Shown here: one piece after another, positions 17,191 to 26,322 of the stretch
Layout of the letters: every line of letters begins with the position of its first letter
How positions within the stretch are numbered: the stretch's first letter is position 1
Source of the DNA: a virus
Taxonomy: Duplodnaviria; Caudoviricetes
Virus record (IMG/VR): IMGVR_UViG_3300044675_001342
Span: 1-55,987 of that record
Length of the DNA: 55,987 nt
Reading direction: 5' to 3' (one strand)
Program-made: the position numbers and the translations under genes
The notes under the pieces: model-generated
Seen by the model: only the letters and a program-made list of their open reading frames with translations
What the model was told of the DNA's origin: nothing
Databases searched by the model: none

Positions 17191-20100
17191 TAGTCTTTAT
17201 CTTGTCGAGACGTTCCAGCATCACGTCTTTTTGCTCCGTGGTCAACTTGGGGGAAGCGCGAATCATGCGCTCTTGTTTGGCCAACTCGCCAAGCTGCTTC
17301 TGTACCGCGCCCGATACCGATGTTAGGGACATTTCAGCAGCGTGTTCCTGCATGAAAGCGCGGGCTTCAGCAACGCGGCCTTTGGCAACCATATCATCGA
17401 ACGTGCCCTTGACCTGCTGGATGTACTCCATTTGGTTGTAGGCTGCGTCCAGCGTACCCCGGCCCTGCACGGGTTGGAACAGACCGCCAATGAAGGGCTC
17501 TTTGCTCATTGGTTTGGTGGGCTTTGCGACATCGGCAGGCAACTCCGTATTGAGTAGCGGGTTGGCAAGCTGCACCAAAGCGATACCCAAACCGCCCGTG
17601 TAGCCCCGGATAAGGTGGTCAATGCTGATGGCTGATATGCCCTCACGCCCCGTGAGTTTGCGGATTTCTTCAGCGCCGGTCAACTGTGCCAACAGCTTGG
17701 CCGCTTCGGTGGTGTTTTCGCGGTAACGCTCGGACGGGAGAACTTTCTTCTCACGGGCCGATTCAATGTCGCCGCCAAAGAACGAACTGCCCAACGCCAC
17801 TTCTGTTAGAGGTTTGATGGCAGCAGGTAGTTGGAATGGGTTGGACTGGTCGATCAGCGTCAGCATGCCGCCCACCGCCGCCTTGGCTTTCTCGTCACCA
17901 AAAGCTAAGTTGAACACCGCCTCGGGCAAAGACTTGAACAAGTAGCCCAATTCAAACGGCACAGGGATTTTGAGCGGTTCTTTGGAGTCGCCGACATACA
18001 CGAACCAGTTGCCGTAGCGCTCCTCGGGCTTGGCGCGTTTGTATGCCTCGTCGTCCTGCATCATGGCGGCATAGGCCATCGTGCCTGCGGCCAGCAGGAG
18101 TCCACGGGCCAACATTTTTTCGCGGATTTTTAACTGCTCACTGTAGGGCATGTCCCCCTTGAACGCCCGGTACAGCACATCCAGACCTTGAATCTGAGCG
18201 TTGAAGAACGGAATCAGCGTATTGAGCGCTTGGATGCTGGGTGATAGGCCACGGCGGTTGAAGTTCATGGACTCCAGCGTGCGCAGCAGCGCCGCCTGCT
18301 CGGACATACCCTTGTCCAACGAGTCTTTGTACACCACCGCACGGGTAGCCGCATCGCCTTGGAGCGCAAAAGCGTCTAGCCTAGCCATCCCTTTAGCCCA
18401 ACCTGTTTTACCAATGCTGATTTCCTTTAGAAACTTGGACATGTCTCGCTGATCGCCGGTAAAGACGTTGCTACTGATAGCGCCTGTTGACATCAACTTC
18501 GCTTCAGTTTCGCTGCGTCCGGCCACCATACTGGCTAGCTCCCGCATGGACGACAAGATTGGCGTGGCATCCGTGCCGGTGGTCAACCACGCGGTCATTG
18601 GGTCACGGATAACTTGGCGCACGGCGTAGGCTGGGTTGCGCACAATGAAGTTACGCAGCAGCGTGGCGGGCACACCCATCATCTGCACAATCGCAGGCAT
18701 GGTTGTCTTGATACCTTCCATGCCCTTGACGATCAAATCAGCCGGGATGCCGTACAGATCGGTGTCGATGGTGACAAAGTGCGGCACACCTTTAACTTGG
18801 AACCGCACCGTGCTAGCGTTAGCTGGCCCCGTACCTTTACCCATAGCGCTGGCAACGCCCATCTTGTGCAGCATGAAAGCGGACTCCTGCACGGATTTAT
18901 TGCGCAATGCCATGCTGGTGAGCATGAACGTGTTCTGCACCGCGCTGGTAAAGATTGGCAGAATCTGTTTGTTGTCGCCCACAAGTGCATGCAACTGTGG
19001 CTCGTCCTTGATGTTGCCGATACGAATTGCGTGCTCTTTGTCAATGACCAATTCAACATTATTGTTGCTGTTCACACGGTAGAACGGGATGTACGGCGTA
19101 CGCTTTAACTCGGCTGCACGTTCTTTGGTGAAGTACCCGGCCTGCGTTGCAAAATCTATCAAGCCGTTGTTGTACTCTTGGTACAGTCGCGCTGCTTCTT
19201 TAACCGCAGCCATCTTCTCTGGGTTAGCCCGCAACATGGCCATGATTTGCGCGTGCTCTTCTTTGACCTTGGCGGGGTTCTCGTAGTTAAGCTTTTCCCA
19301 ACCAACGACATCCGCTTTTAGCCCAGCTACATACGCAGTTAAAACTGCTTCGCCTTCCGTATCGTTGTCGAACTTGCCTTTTTCCAGCGCCTGCGCCACA
19401 TCCATCATGTTGGGGCCTTTGACGCTCTCGTAAATGTAACCGCCGCCCTCGCCTTTGCGGATACGGTTGTTTCCGTTGGTCAGCGCTTGGCCTGCAAGCT
19501 GGCTGGTATTTTGCCCAAAACGCAGGAAATACTCGGCGTTTTGCGCTTCGAGACTACCAATGGCGTTTTTCTCCACGCCTTTTTTCATGACTTCAGACAA
19601 CGCAGCATAATTGTCCACAAACTGCACACGCCCGGCAAGGCCCAAGAAGTTGCCTTTGAGCTTGTCAATAATGCCTGTTTCCTTGGCAATAAAAGAACTG
19701 CCCAGCGATGTAGGTTCTGTGCGAGTGCGGAACAGTGCCTCGCCTTCGGGGGTTTTGTACACACCCACGGTTTGGTACTCTTGGGGCCGCTTGCCTTTGA
19801 CAACGTAGCGTTTTGCATTGGCCACAACTTGCCGCACAGCGTCATCGCCGATAACCTGACCACGGAACATCTTATTGAAGAAGGTCTTGATTGCATCAAA
19901 GACTTTGCGCAGGGCGCTGCGCTCGGCTGCATTTGGCGTGGAGGTTTCGGCCATTTCGGCCAGCACTTCTTCCACCGCAACATTGCGGCTCAGGTTCTTG
20001 CTTTGCTTTAACTTGGCGTTGGCGGCATCACGCACAGCAGCATTACCGCTGTACAGGTCGTTCATGGTCTGGGCGTAGCGATCACCCATCATTTCACGCA

Positions 20101-23017
20101 AACCAAAGTGACCGGCAATCTCATGGGCCACGGTGGCCACGACATCCTCAGCGGTGTGCATCTGGTCGCCGACAATATAGGCCGTCTTGGCATCGGGGTC
20201 GTAAACGCCGGGGACTTTGTTCTCCACACCGTCCTTGATCGCTTGCTTTTTAATGGGGTCGGGCAGCGCATCAAAGTTGCGGGCAAACACAATGTTGGGC
20301 ACAATTTTCCAACTGTCCGTGATACGGGAGATCAGGCGTTTGACTTCTTCCTCACGCATCGCAGGGCCAGTATCCTCACTGACGCGGTACACCGCTCCTT
20401 CCTTCTCGGACTGGATGCCTTCTTCAAAGTCTTTAAACAACTGCTTGCTAAGTTCCCGTGGAGCGTGCCGAACTTTTTTGGTTTCCTGCGCGGTGCGTTG
20501 TTTCAGCGTCTCTTTGTACTCAGGCGTTTGGCGACCAAACTTCTTTGCATTCTCGCCTAGCTGTTTGACCGAGCTTGCTTTGTACTCTGCAACTTTCTTG
20601 TCGTCCGGGCCATATTTAGCACGTAGCGTTCCAAGGCGTTTTTGCACTTCTTTAAGCTGCGCCTTGTACTCAGGGTTCTCTTGGCCAAGCAAGACAGACA
20701 AATCCCGGAATTCTTTAGCGTTCTCTACTTCGTACTTGATGTCACCGGCATTGATACGCGCTGCGCGTTTGGCTTCGCGGAATGGCCCGGCTGCACCGGC
20801 TTCACGCATGATGCGTGCGCTTTCGGCGGCTTTCTCGGCCCGGACAGAAACGGCTGGTGGTGCAGGCTCAATTGTACGGAACTGCTGGTGCAGCGCAATT
20901 ACTTTTTGCTTGGCCGGTTCAACATAGGTGCTAACCAGACGCTCATACTCTTTGGCCAACGTACCCATACGCCGCTGTGCGTAGGCTTTTTGCATGTTGG
21001 TTGTTTGCGGAGCCTCAAGGCTGTCGGTTAACGTGGTGTGCTCGTCCGCAATTTTGTACAGCTTATCCAAAACCGATGTGCGTGCATTACCTTGCGGCTT
21101 TTCAATCTTGTTCTTTTCCGCTTGAATTTGTTCAAGCAAGCGGTTGTAGTCCCCACCTTCCATTTCGGTGCGAGTAACCTTTGTGCCCTCAAGATTCAAG
21201 CGCTCGTCCAAGGACTGAATCAGTTTTTCATTGTCCAGTTTTTCTTGGTCACGGGTTTTGTAAAGCTCTTGCCGTTTTTGTTGCTCGTACGCCTGCGTTA
21301 TGCGTTTAACTACCGGCGCATCTTGGTTTTGGATTGCCGTGTTCAGTAGGTTGTACTCCCCGAACAAGTCAAATTGCACTGGTGCAGAAACCGGTTTTCC
21401 TACTGCGGGTTGTTCCGTCACAGCAGGGGCTTCAACGGCTTGCGGTGTTGTGGGCACAGGTGCTTGGGCTGCGGTAAACAAATCGCGGGTCTGTCCGCGC
21501 TGGGTCAAGTTGGCCTGCTTTTCAACCAGCGCCCCACTACGTTGGGTGTAGTCCTGTATCTGATCTTCGCGTTGTTTTTTCAGCGTATCCAAAGTCTGGG
21601 AGTGTTTTTCTCCCGCATCAAAATCCGCACTTTGTGCGGCGTCCATCAGTTTTTTGTGCGCAGTGGTGATCTTGGTGTCCAGATTGGACAGCGCGGCTTG
21701 GTGTTTGGTTTCCAGTTCCTCGGGGGTAATCGTAGTGCCGCCAAGCTGCTCAATCAAATTGGACGAGTCGGTGATCTTGCTCTGCAAGTCTTTGATCTGG
21801 GGGCCAAGGGTGCGCACGGCCTCGGTGTCCTGCTGCTCAGCGGCAGCGGTGTACTGGGTCAACAAGGGGTCAAGCTGCTTGGCCAGCAAGTCATGCTGCT
21901 CCATTGAGCGTTGCAAGTTGGGGGCTTCGGGTGCGGGGGTTGGCTCGTCATACCCGATTTGCAGCGGTTCACCCGCAGGCTGCGCAGCAACGCCTTGGTC
22001 ATACCCAAGACGCAGTAATTCTTCAGGGGGTGGTGCAACGGGTGTCTGTTGTTGCTGCGCTGCGCTTTTTTCACTGAAACGGCCAGCGGCTCCGAGGGGA
22101 GCTAACAGGCCAACTTGGTACGCAGTCTCACCGTACTCCCGCAAGGCGTCTTCACTACTCAAAGACAATCCGGCCTGCGCCCGCTCCAACATTTGTTGGG
22201 TAATCTCAGTGGGAATTTCTGCCAGTGCGCCAGTGGCCGTGCCTTTGGCCAGCGTGGTGAGCAGTCGCTCGTTGGCAATTTTTTCCGCTTGGGCCGCGCT
22301 CTTGCCAAATAATGCGCCAGTTGGAATCCCCGTCAGCTTGGTGATTAACTTGCCGCCAAACGGAATAAACGTACCGGCAACGTCCAAGACAGTTTGCGGA
22401 ACCGCAGCGGCACCGGCTGCACCGGTATCAATGGAAAGCGGCTGACCACGCTCAGCTTGCTCTTGCGCTTGGCGCTCGACGTTTCCACCGAACTGCTGCA
22501 CAAGGGAGGGGAGTGCTGCGCCTGCAAGACCGCCTACAACCGTACCAACGGGGCCAGCCAAAGAACCCAGCGCAGCGCCAGCACGCGCACCACCAAACAT
22601 CGTAGCCAGTTGAGGCGCTTGTTCAGCTATGGCGTAGGGGATTTGACTTAGCGCTTCACCCGCTGCGGGCAGTACACCTCGCTTTTCGTACGCTTCCTTG
22701 ACTTTATCAAGGCTTACTTGGTCAGCATACTTGCGGCTAATGCCTTCTTGCCTTTGCTGCGCCTCTACTGCGGCTTCCTCGGGAGAGCCAGTTAAAGCCC
22801 CAAAGGCAGTGCGCCCGCTGGAGATTAAAGACTCAATCCCTTTGCCAACCGCAGCACCAAACCCCTTTTGTTGTGGGGCAGCAGGTTCTTCCGGGGTGGG
22901 GGTAGTAATACCCAAATGCTGTTGCAGTGCAGCAATTACCTGCTCTTGACTTGCGCCGTCCGGCCCTTGTATGTCGTAGATACGCCCATTTGGGCCTTGA
23001 ACGCTGTAAATGCGCAT
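17129..23017 (-). CDS. Large polyvalent/internal virion (ejection) protein with metallopeptidase-like and LPD38-like domains
   Basis: 1962 aa; TVAHEIAGHFGL and EEVLA metallopeptidase motifs; C-terminal IPVPFELGYLFK...P; last gene of the late arm. Confidence 0.75.
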   Translation of the reverse strand: MRIYSVQGPNGRIYDIQGPDGASQEQVIAALQQHLGITTPTPEEPAAPQQKGFGAAVGKGIESLISSGRTAFGALTGSPEEAAVEAQQRQEGISRKYADQVSLDKVKEAYEKRGVLPAAGEALSQIPYAIAEQAPQLATMFGGARAGAALGSLAGPVGTVVGGLAGAALPSLVQQFGGNVERQAQEQAERGQPLSIDTGAAGAAAVPQTVLDVAGTFIPFGGKLITKLTGIPTGALFGKSAAQAEKIANERLLTTLAKGTATGALAEIPTEITQQMLERAQAGLSLSSEDALREYGETAYQVGLLAPLGAAGRFSEKSAAQQQQTPVAPPPEELLRLGYDQGVAAQPAGEPLQIGYDEPTPAPEAPNLQRSMEQHDLLAKQLDPLLTQYTAAAEQQDTEAVRTLGPQIKDLQSKITDSSNLIEQLGGTTITPEELETKHQAALSNLDTKITTAHKKLMDAAQSADFDAGEKHSQTLDTLKKQREDQIQDYTQRSGALVEKQANLTQRGQTRDLFTAAQAPVPTTPQAVEAPAVTEQPAVGKPVSAPVQFDLFGEYNLLNTAIQNQDAPVVKRITQAYEQQKRQELYKTRDQEKLDNEKLIQSLDERLNLEGTKVTRTEMEGGDYNRLLEQIQAEKNKIEKPQGNARTSVLDKLYKIADEHTTLTDSLEAPQTTNMQKAYAQRRMGTLAKEYERLVSTYVEPAKQKVIALHQQFRTIEPAPPAVSVRAEKAAESARIMREAGAAGPFREAKRAARINAGDIKYEVENAKEFRDLSVLLGQENPEYKAQLKEVQKRLGTLRAKYGPDDKKVAEYKASSVKQLGENAKKFGRQTPEYKETLKQRTAQETKKVRHAPRELSKQLFKDFEEGIQSEKEGAVYRVSEDTGPAMREEEVKRLISRITDSWKIVPNIVFARNFDALPDPIKKQAIKDGVENKVPGVYDPDAKTAYIVGDQMHTAEDVVATVAHEIAGHFGLREMMGDRYAQTMNDLYSGNAAVRDAANAKLKQSKNLSRNVAVEEVLAEMAETSTPNAAERSALRKVFDAIKTFFNKMFRGQVIGDDAVRQVVANAKRYVVKGKRPQEYQTVGVYKTPEGEALFRTRTEPTSLGSSFIAKETGIIDKLKGNFLGLAGRVQFVDNYAALSEVMKKGVEKNAIGSLEAQNAEYFLRFGQNTSQLAGQALTNGNNRIRKGEGGGYIYESVKGPNMMDVAQALEKGKFDNDTEGEAVLTAYVAGLKADVVGWEKLNYENPAKVKEEHAQIMAMLRANPEKMAAVKEAARLYQEYNNGLIDFATQAGYFTKERAAELKRTPYIPFYRVNSNNNVELVIDKEHAIRIGNIKDEPQLHALVGDNKQILPIFTSAVQNTFMLTSMALRNKSVQESAFMLHKMGVASAMGKGTGPANASTVRFQVKGVPHFVTIDTDLYGIPADLIVKGMEGIKTTMPAIVQMMGVPATLLRNFIVRNPAYAVRQVIRDPMTAWLTTGTDATPILSSMRELASMVAGRSETEAKLMSTGAISSNVFTGDQRDMSKFLKEISIGKTGWAKGMARLDAFALQGDAATRAVVYKDSLDKGMSEQAALLRTLESMNFNRRGLSPSIQALNTLIPFFNAQIQGLDVLYRAFKGDMPYSEQLKIREKMLARGLLLAAGTMAYAAMMQDDEAYKRAKPEERYGNWFVYVGDSKEPLKIPVPFELGYLFKSLPEAVFNLAFGDEKAKAAVGGMLTLIDQSNPFQLPAAIKPLTEVALGSSFFGGDIESAREKKVLPSERYRENTTEAAKLLAQLTGAEEIRKLTGREGISAISIDHLIRGYTGGLGIALVQLANPLLNTELPADVAKPTKPMSKEPFIGGLFQPVQGRGTLDAAYNQMEYIQQVKGTFDDMVAKGRVAEARAFMQEHAAEMSLTSVSGAVQKQLGELAKQERMIRASPKLTTEQKDVMLERLDKIKTTIARGSIAVYERTKDRTDRS

Positions 23018-23036
23018 GGCGAAGTCCTTATATCTG

Positions 23037-24776
23037 CTATTTAGCTGGGCGATCCCCTACAACAGTAAACCCGGAACCGCCCGCTTGCGGCATTGTATCC
23101 TGACCCACAGCGGCACGGTATGCGCTCATGAAGTTCTGAACTGTAGGGTATTTAGCTTTGAACTCTTCGCCTTTGGTCATATATTTGCCGCCCAACGATG
23201 GTGCTTGGTCGCCCGCCATCTGTTCGTACTTTGCAAACAACTGCGGTGCCGCAGCTTCTTCTTTGGTTGCACCAAAACCTTTTGCAACATCCCCAGTAGG
23301 GTTTTTACCCATTTCGCGGTACAGCGCCAGTGGGTCGGGGCGTAGCTGCGCAGCAAGGCGTGTCTGAGCCAACGTGTTTTCTCGGTTCAGTCTATTTTCG
23401 CCGGACTGGAACTGCTGTGTTGCAACTTCACGCTGGTTAGCCACGATGCCGCTGTAGATAGTACGCGCATCGTCCTTGCTGACGCCCCAGCTTTTCTCGT
23501 ACGCGCTGATACCCATTTTTTCGGCTTCGGCAAAAGTGTCGCCAATCTCACGTTTGTACTTGCGCTTGTCCTTGGCGTTTAGGGTCTGCTCGTTGCGACG
23601 GTACTCCTCAATGCGGCCAAACGCATCGTTTAGTTTGTCCTTTGCGCCTTCAATTTTGTCCAGACCTTCTTGGTAGGACTTCATGCCAATGGTAGCGCCA
23701 GCGCCAATGTTTGCCAGCGCGTGTGGGGAAGTTCCGCTCATCATGGCAAACCCAGCCTGCATCAATGCCATTGCGCCAAGGTCTTTTTCCTGCGCTTCAA
23801 CACGGCCTTGCTTTGCTTTGAGCCGCGCTTCTTGATCGGAGAAAGCTGTACCCCGAGCCTCAATGTCTTTTAAGCGTTGCTCTTCTTCCTCGTTGAGCCC
23901 CGCACGTTTAGCGTAGCCGTAGTCGTCCATGCGCTTTTGAAGTTCTGGCGGCACTTCGACTTTTTGTTGAGCTTGGATGTCGGCCAGTTGTTGTGCAGCT
24001 TTTGTCGGGTCAGTCACTAACGAGGCAATGCCAGTCCCCGCGCTGGGTGCGGCTGCTGGGCCTGCTGCCAAAGCTCTCGGTGCTGCCGGAGGCGGGGGTG
24101 GTGGAGGTGCTGTTCCATCGCCTGCCGGTACTACGCGTGGCGGCATAGAGCCACCGGGCATGAAGCCCTGTTGGTTCGGTGTTTGCAATCCCGATGTCAC
24201 CGCAGGAGGGGGTGGTGGAAGGGGAGCCGTAGGAGCCATTGCCGCAGGGTTGTTTGCATTGCGGTTGGAGTAGTCCGACATTTTTTGCATCAAGTCCGAC
24301 AAACCCATTTTTTTCTCGGTCTTGTCAACAGGGACTTTTACCACTCGTCCAGAAGGATCGCGCACATACTTGTACTCGACATCACCACCGTCAGCGTATC
24401 CCGCGATCCCACCGTCAGCCATGCCCTGCATATTGGGCGCAGGTATCTGCGCAATGCCTTGCTGCTCAGGCAGTTGTTGCTGGGGTGGTGGCTGCTGCGG
24501 TGCGCCTTGGGGCATGCCCTGCGGGGGCATCATGGGTTGCGGTTGTGGCGGAGGTGGGTTGATGCCCGCAATGGCTTGATCGACCACCTTGGGTTGGGGC
24601 ATCTGCCCAGCCTGCCCTTGCTGCGCGGCACGCAGTTTCTTGCGGCGGTTGCTCTCGCTCATGGCCAGCGACATCACATACGGGTCGTCCTTGTGCATCT
24701 GCGCATACTGTTGCAACGCAGGGTCAGCCATCAGCGCAAGGCTGTCCATCACATCTTGTGCTTGTCCCATGTCCAT
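23037..24776 (-). CDS. Putative internal virion/ejection protein
   Basis: Q/P-rich N-terminus, MADGG/YADGG motifs, helical C-terminus with hydrophobic Gly-rich segment. Confidence 0.65.
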   Translation of the reverse strand: MDMGQAQDVMDSLALMADPALQQYAQMHKDDPYVMSLAMSESNRRKKLRAAQQGQAGQMPQPKVVDQAIAGINPPPPQPQPMMPPQGMPQGAPQQPPPQQQLPEQQGIAQIPAPNMQGMADGGIAGYADGGDVEYKYVRDPSGRVVKVPVDKTEKKMGLSDLMQKMSDYSNRNANNPAAMAPTAPLPPPPPAVTSGLQTPNQQGFMPGGSMPPRVVPAGDGTAPPPPPPPAAPRALAAGPAAAPSAGTGIASLVTDPTKAAQQLADIQAQQKVEVPPELQKRMDDYGYAKRAGLNEEEEQRLKDIEARGTAFSDQEARLKAKQGRVEAQEKDLGAMALMQAGFAMMSGTSPHALANIGAGATIGMKSYQEGLDKIEGAKDKLNDAFGRIEEYRRNEQTLNAKDKRKYKREIGDTFAEAEKMGISAYEKSWGVSKDDARTIYSGIVANQREVATQQFQSGENRLNRENTLAQTRLAAQLRPDPLALYREMGKNPTGDVAKGFGATKEEAAAPQLFAKYEQMAGDQAPSLGGKYMTKGEEFKAKYPTVQNFMSAYRAAVGQDTMPQAGGSGFTVVGDRPAK

Positions 24777-24779
24777 GAT

Positions 24780-26312
24780 TTACCCCCGGCTCATTTGATA
24801 CATTGCCAAATCGGCTAGGCCCGCGCCTGACTTTTGTTTGATGCGTCCGCCCTTGGCTTTACCAAAGAGTTTAGAGGCTCCCGTAAGTGCCGTCCCTACG
24901 CCCGCTGCCTGACTGATAAGCGATGGGGGTGGGGTGTACACACTGGAGCCCACTTGCGAAACCGGGGCACGGTTGACAATATCGGACATGAAGCCAACCA
25001 TCTTGGGCTGGTAGTTCATTTCGTTGGCATAGTTCTGCTGGCTCACATCCAACATGTTCTGGCCTTGTTGTTGCTGCTGCGTGCCAAACGCATTTTGCAA
25101 TTGTAGGTTGCCCGTGGTCTGGCCGTACAGGTTCTGCCCTTGGGAGCCCAACGCGCCGTAGCCCTGCATGCCTGCTTGTAGACCTTGCAAACCTAAGTTG
25201 GCACCGAACTGTTTGGAGCGCTCAGTTTCTTGCTGACCGGCCAGCCCATATTGAGCACCCAAAGAGGCAGCTTGCATACCCTGCCCGGCACCGAATTGAC
25301 GCGACTGCTCTTGTTGCTGCTGCGTGGTCAGGCCCGCTTGCTGGTTTGCCAATGCTGCTTGCATCGCTTGTTGGGCACTCATGCCCTGCATTTGAAGTTG
25401 CGCTGCTTGGTTTTGCACGGCTGCTTGCTGTTGGTTCGACAAGTTGGCCAGCGAAGTTTGCAACCCAGTTTGCGTACCCAGTTGCTGAATGCCAAGATTT
25501 GCCGCCAAGTTTTGTGACCCTGTAGTGAGCCCCGCTTGTTGGTTGGCTTGCTGTGCTTGCAACCGTGCTTGTTGCTCGGCGTTAAACTGTTGCTGTGCTT
25601 GCTGGTATGCGTTTTGTGACCCTTGCGCTTGGATGTCACCCATTTGTTGACCAAGGTTGCGCTCACGTTCAGCACGCATGATGGCATCACGACCCCCACC
25701 AAAAGCCCCGGCCTGCGCTGCTTGCGCCTGCTGCTGAGTACCTTGGATGCCGGATTGCCGCGCCGCTTCGCGTTTTTGAATGTCCACCACACTTTGCATG
25801 TAGGGATTCATATACGCATCTGCTGATCCGGGCTGGGCAAAACTCTGCGTGCTTACACGCTCGGCAGGCCCCATTTGGTAGTTTTGCAACTGGGGGCCGT
25901 AACCGGTCTGGGCAGCGCCCATCGTGGGTGCATTTTGTGCATCCGCTGCTACCTGCTGGTAGTTGAATTGGCCGGGTTGGTAAGCGCCGGGAGCTTGAAA
26001 TTGGTTGCCAAACTGTGTGCCAGCATAGTTAAGATCGCCAGCCCGTTGGGCTAGCGCTTGAATGCCTTGAGCCGATGTTTGCGAGTACGGGTCTTGGCCA
26101 AGACCTTCAGCGCCGGTAAATGCTTTTTTCTGTAAATCAGTAAATGCTTGAACTTGGTCGCCAGTTAAACCACGTTCTTTGGCCCAGTCAGCGTAGCTTT
26201 TGTAGTCTTTACCCACAAGGTTGGCTGCTTGGCCTAGTACGCTTTCTGCATATGGTGCAATTACAGGGGCAAAGCCCTGAATGTTTGTCGTTGTTACGGT
26301 GCTATCAGCCAT
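24780..26312 (-). CDS. Putative DNA-pilot/ejection protein
   Basis: Q/A/G-rich; YMNPY and GAFGGGR motifs typical of podovirus ejection proteins. Confidence 0.65.
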   Translation of the reverse strand: MADSTVTTTNIQGFAPVIAPYAESVLGQAANLVGKDYKSYADWAKERGLTGDQVQAFTDLQKKAFTGAEGLGQDPYSQTSAQGIQALAQRAGDLNYAGTQFGNQFQAPGAYQPGQFNYQQVAADAQNAPTMGAAQTGYGPQLQNYQMGPAERVSTQSFAQPGSADAYMNPYMQSVVDIQKREAARQSGIQGTQQQAQAAQAGAFGGGRDAIMRAERERNLGQQMGDIQAQGSQNAYQQAQQQFNAEQQARLQAQQANQQAGLTTGSQNLAANLGIQQLGTQTGLQTSLANLSNQQQAAVQNQAAQLQMQGMSAQQAMQAALANQQAGLTTQQQQEQSRQFGAGQGMQAASLGAQYGLAGQQETERSKQFGANLGLQGLQAGMQGYGALGSQGQNLYGQTTGNLQLQNAFGTQQQQQGQNMLDVSQQNYANEMNYQPKMVGFMSDIVNRAPVSQVGSSVYTPPPSLISQAAGVGTALTGASKLFGKAKGGRIKQKSGAGLADLAMYQMSRG

Positions 26313-26322
26313 GATTTATTCC

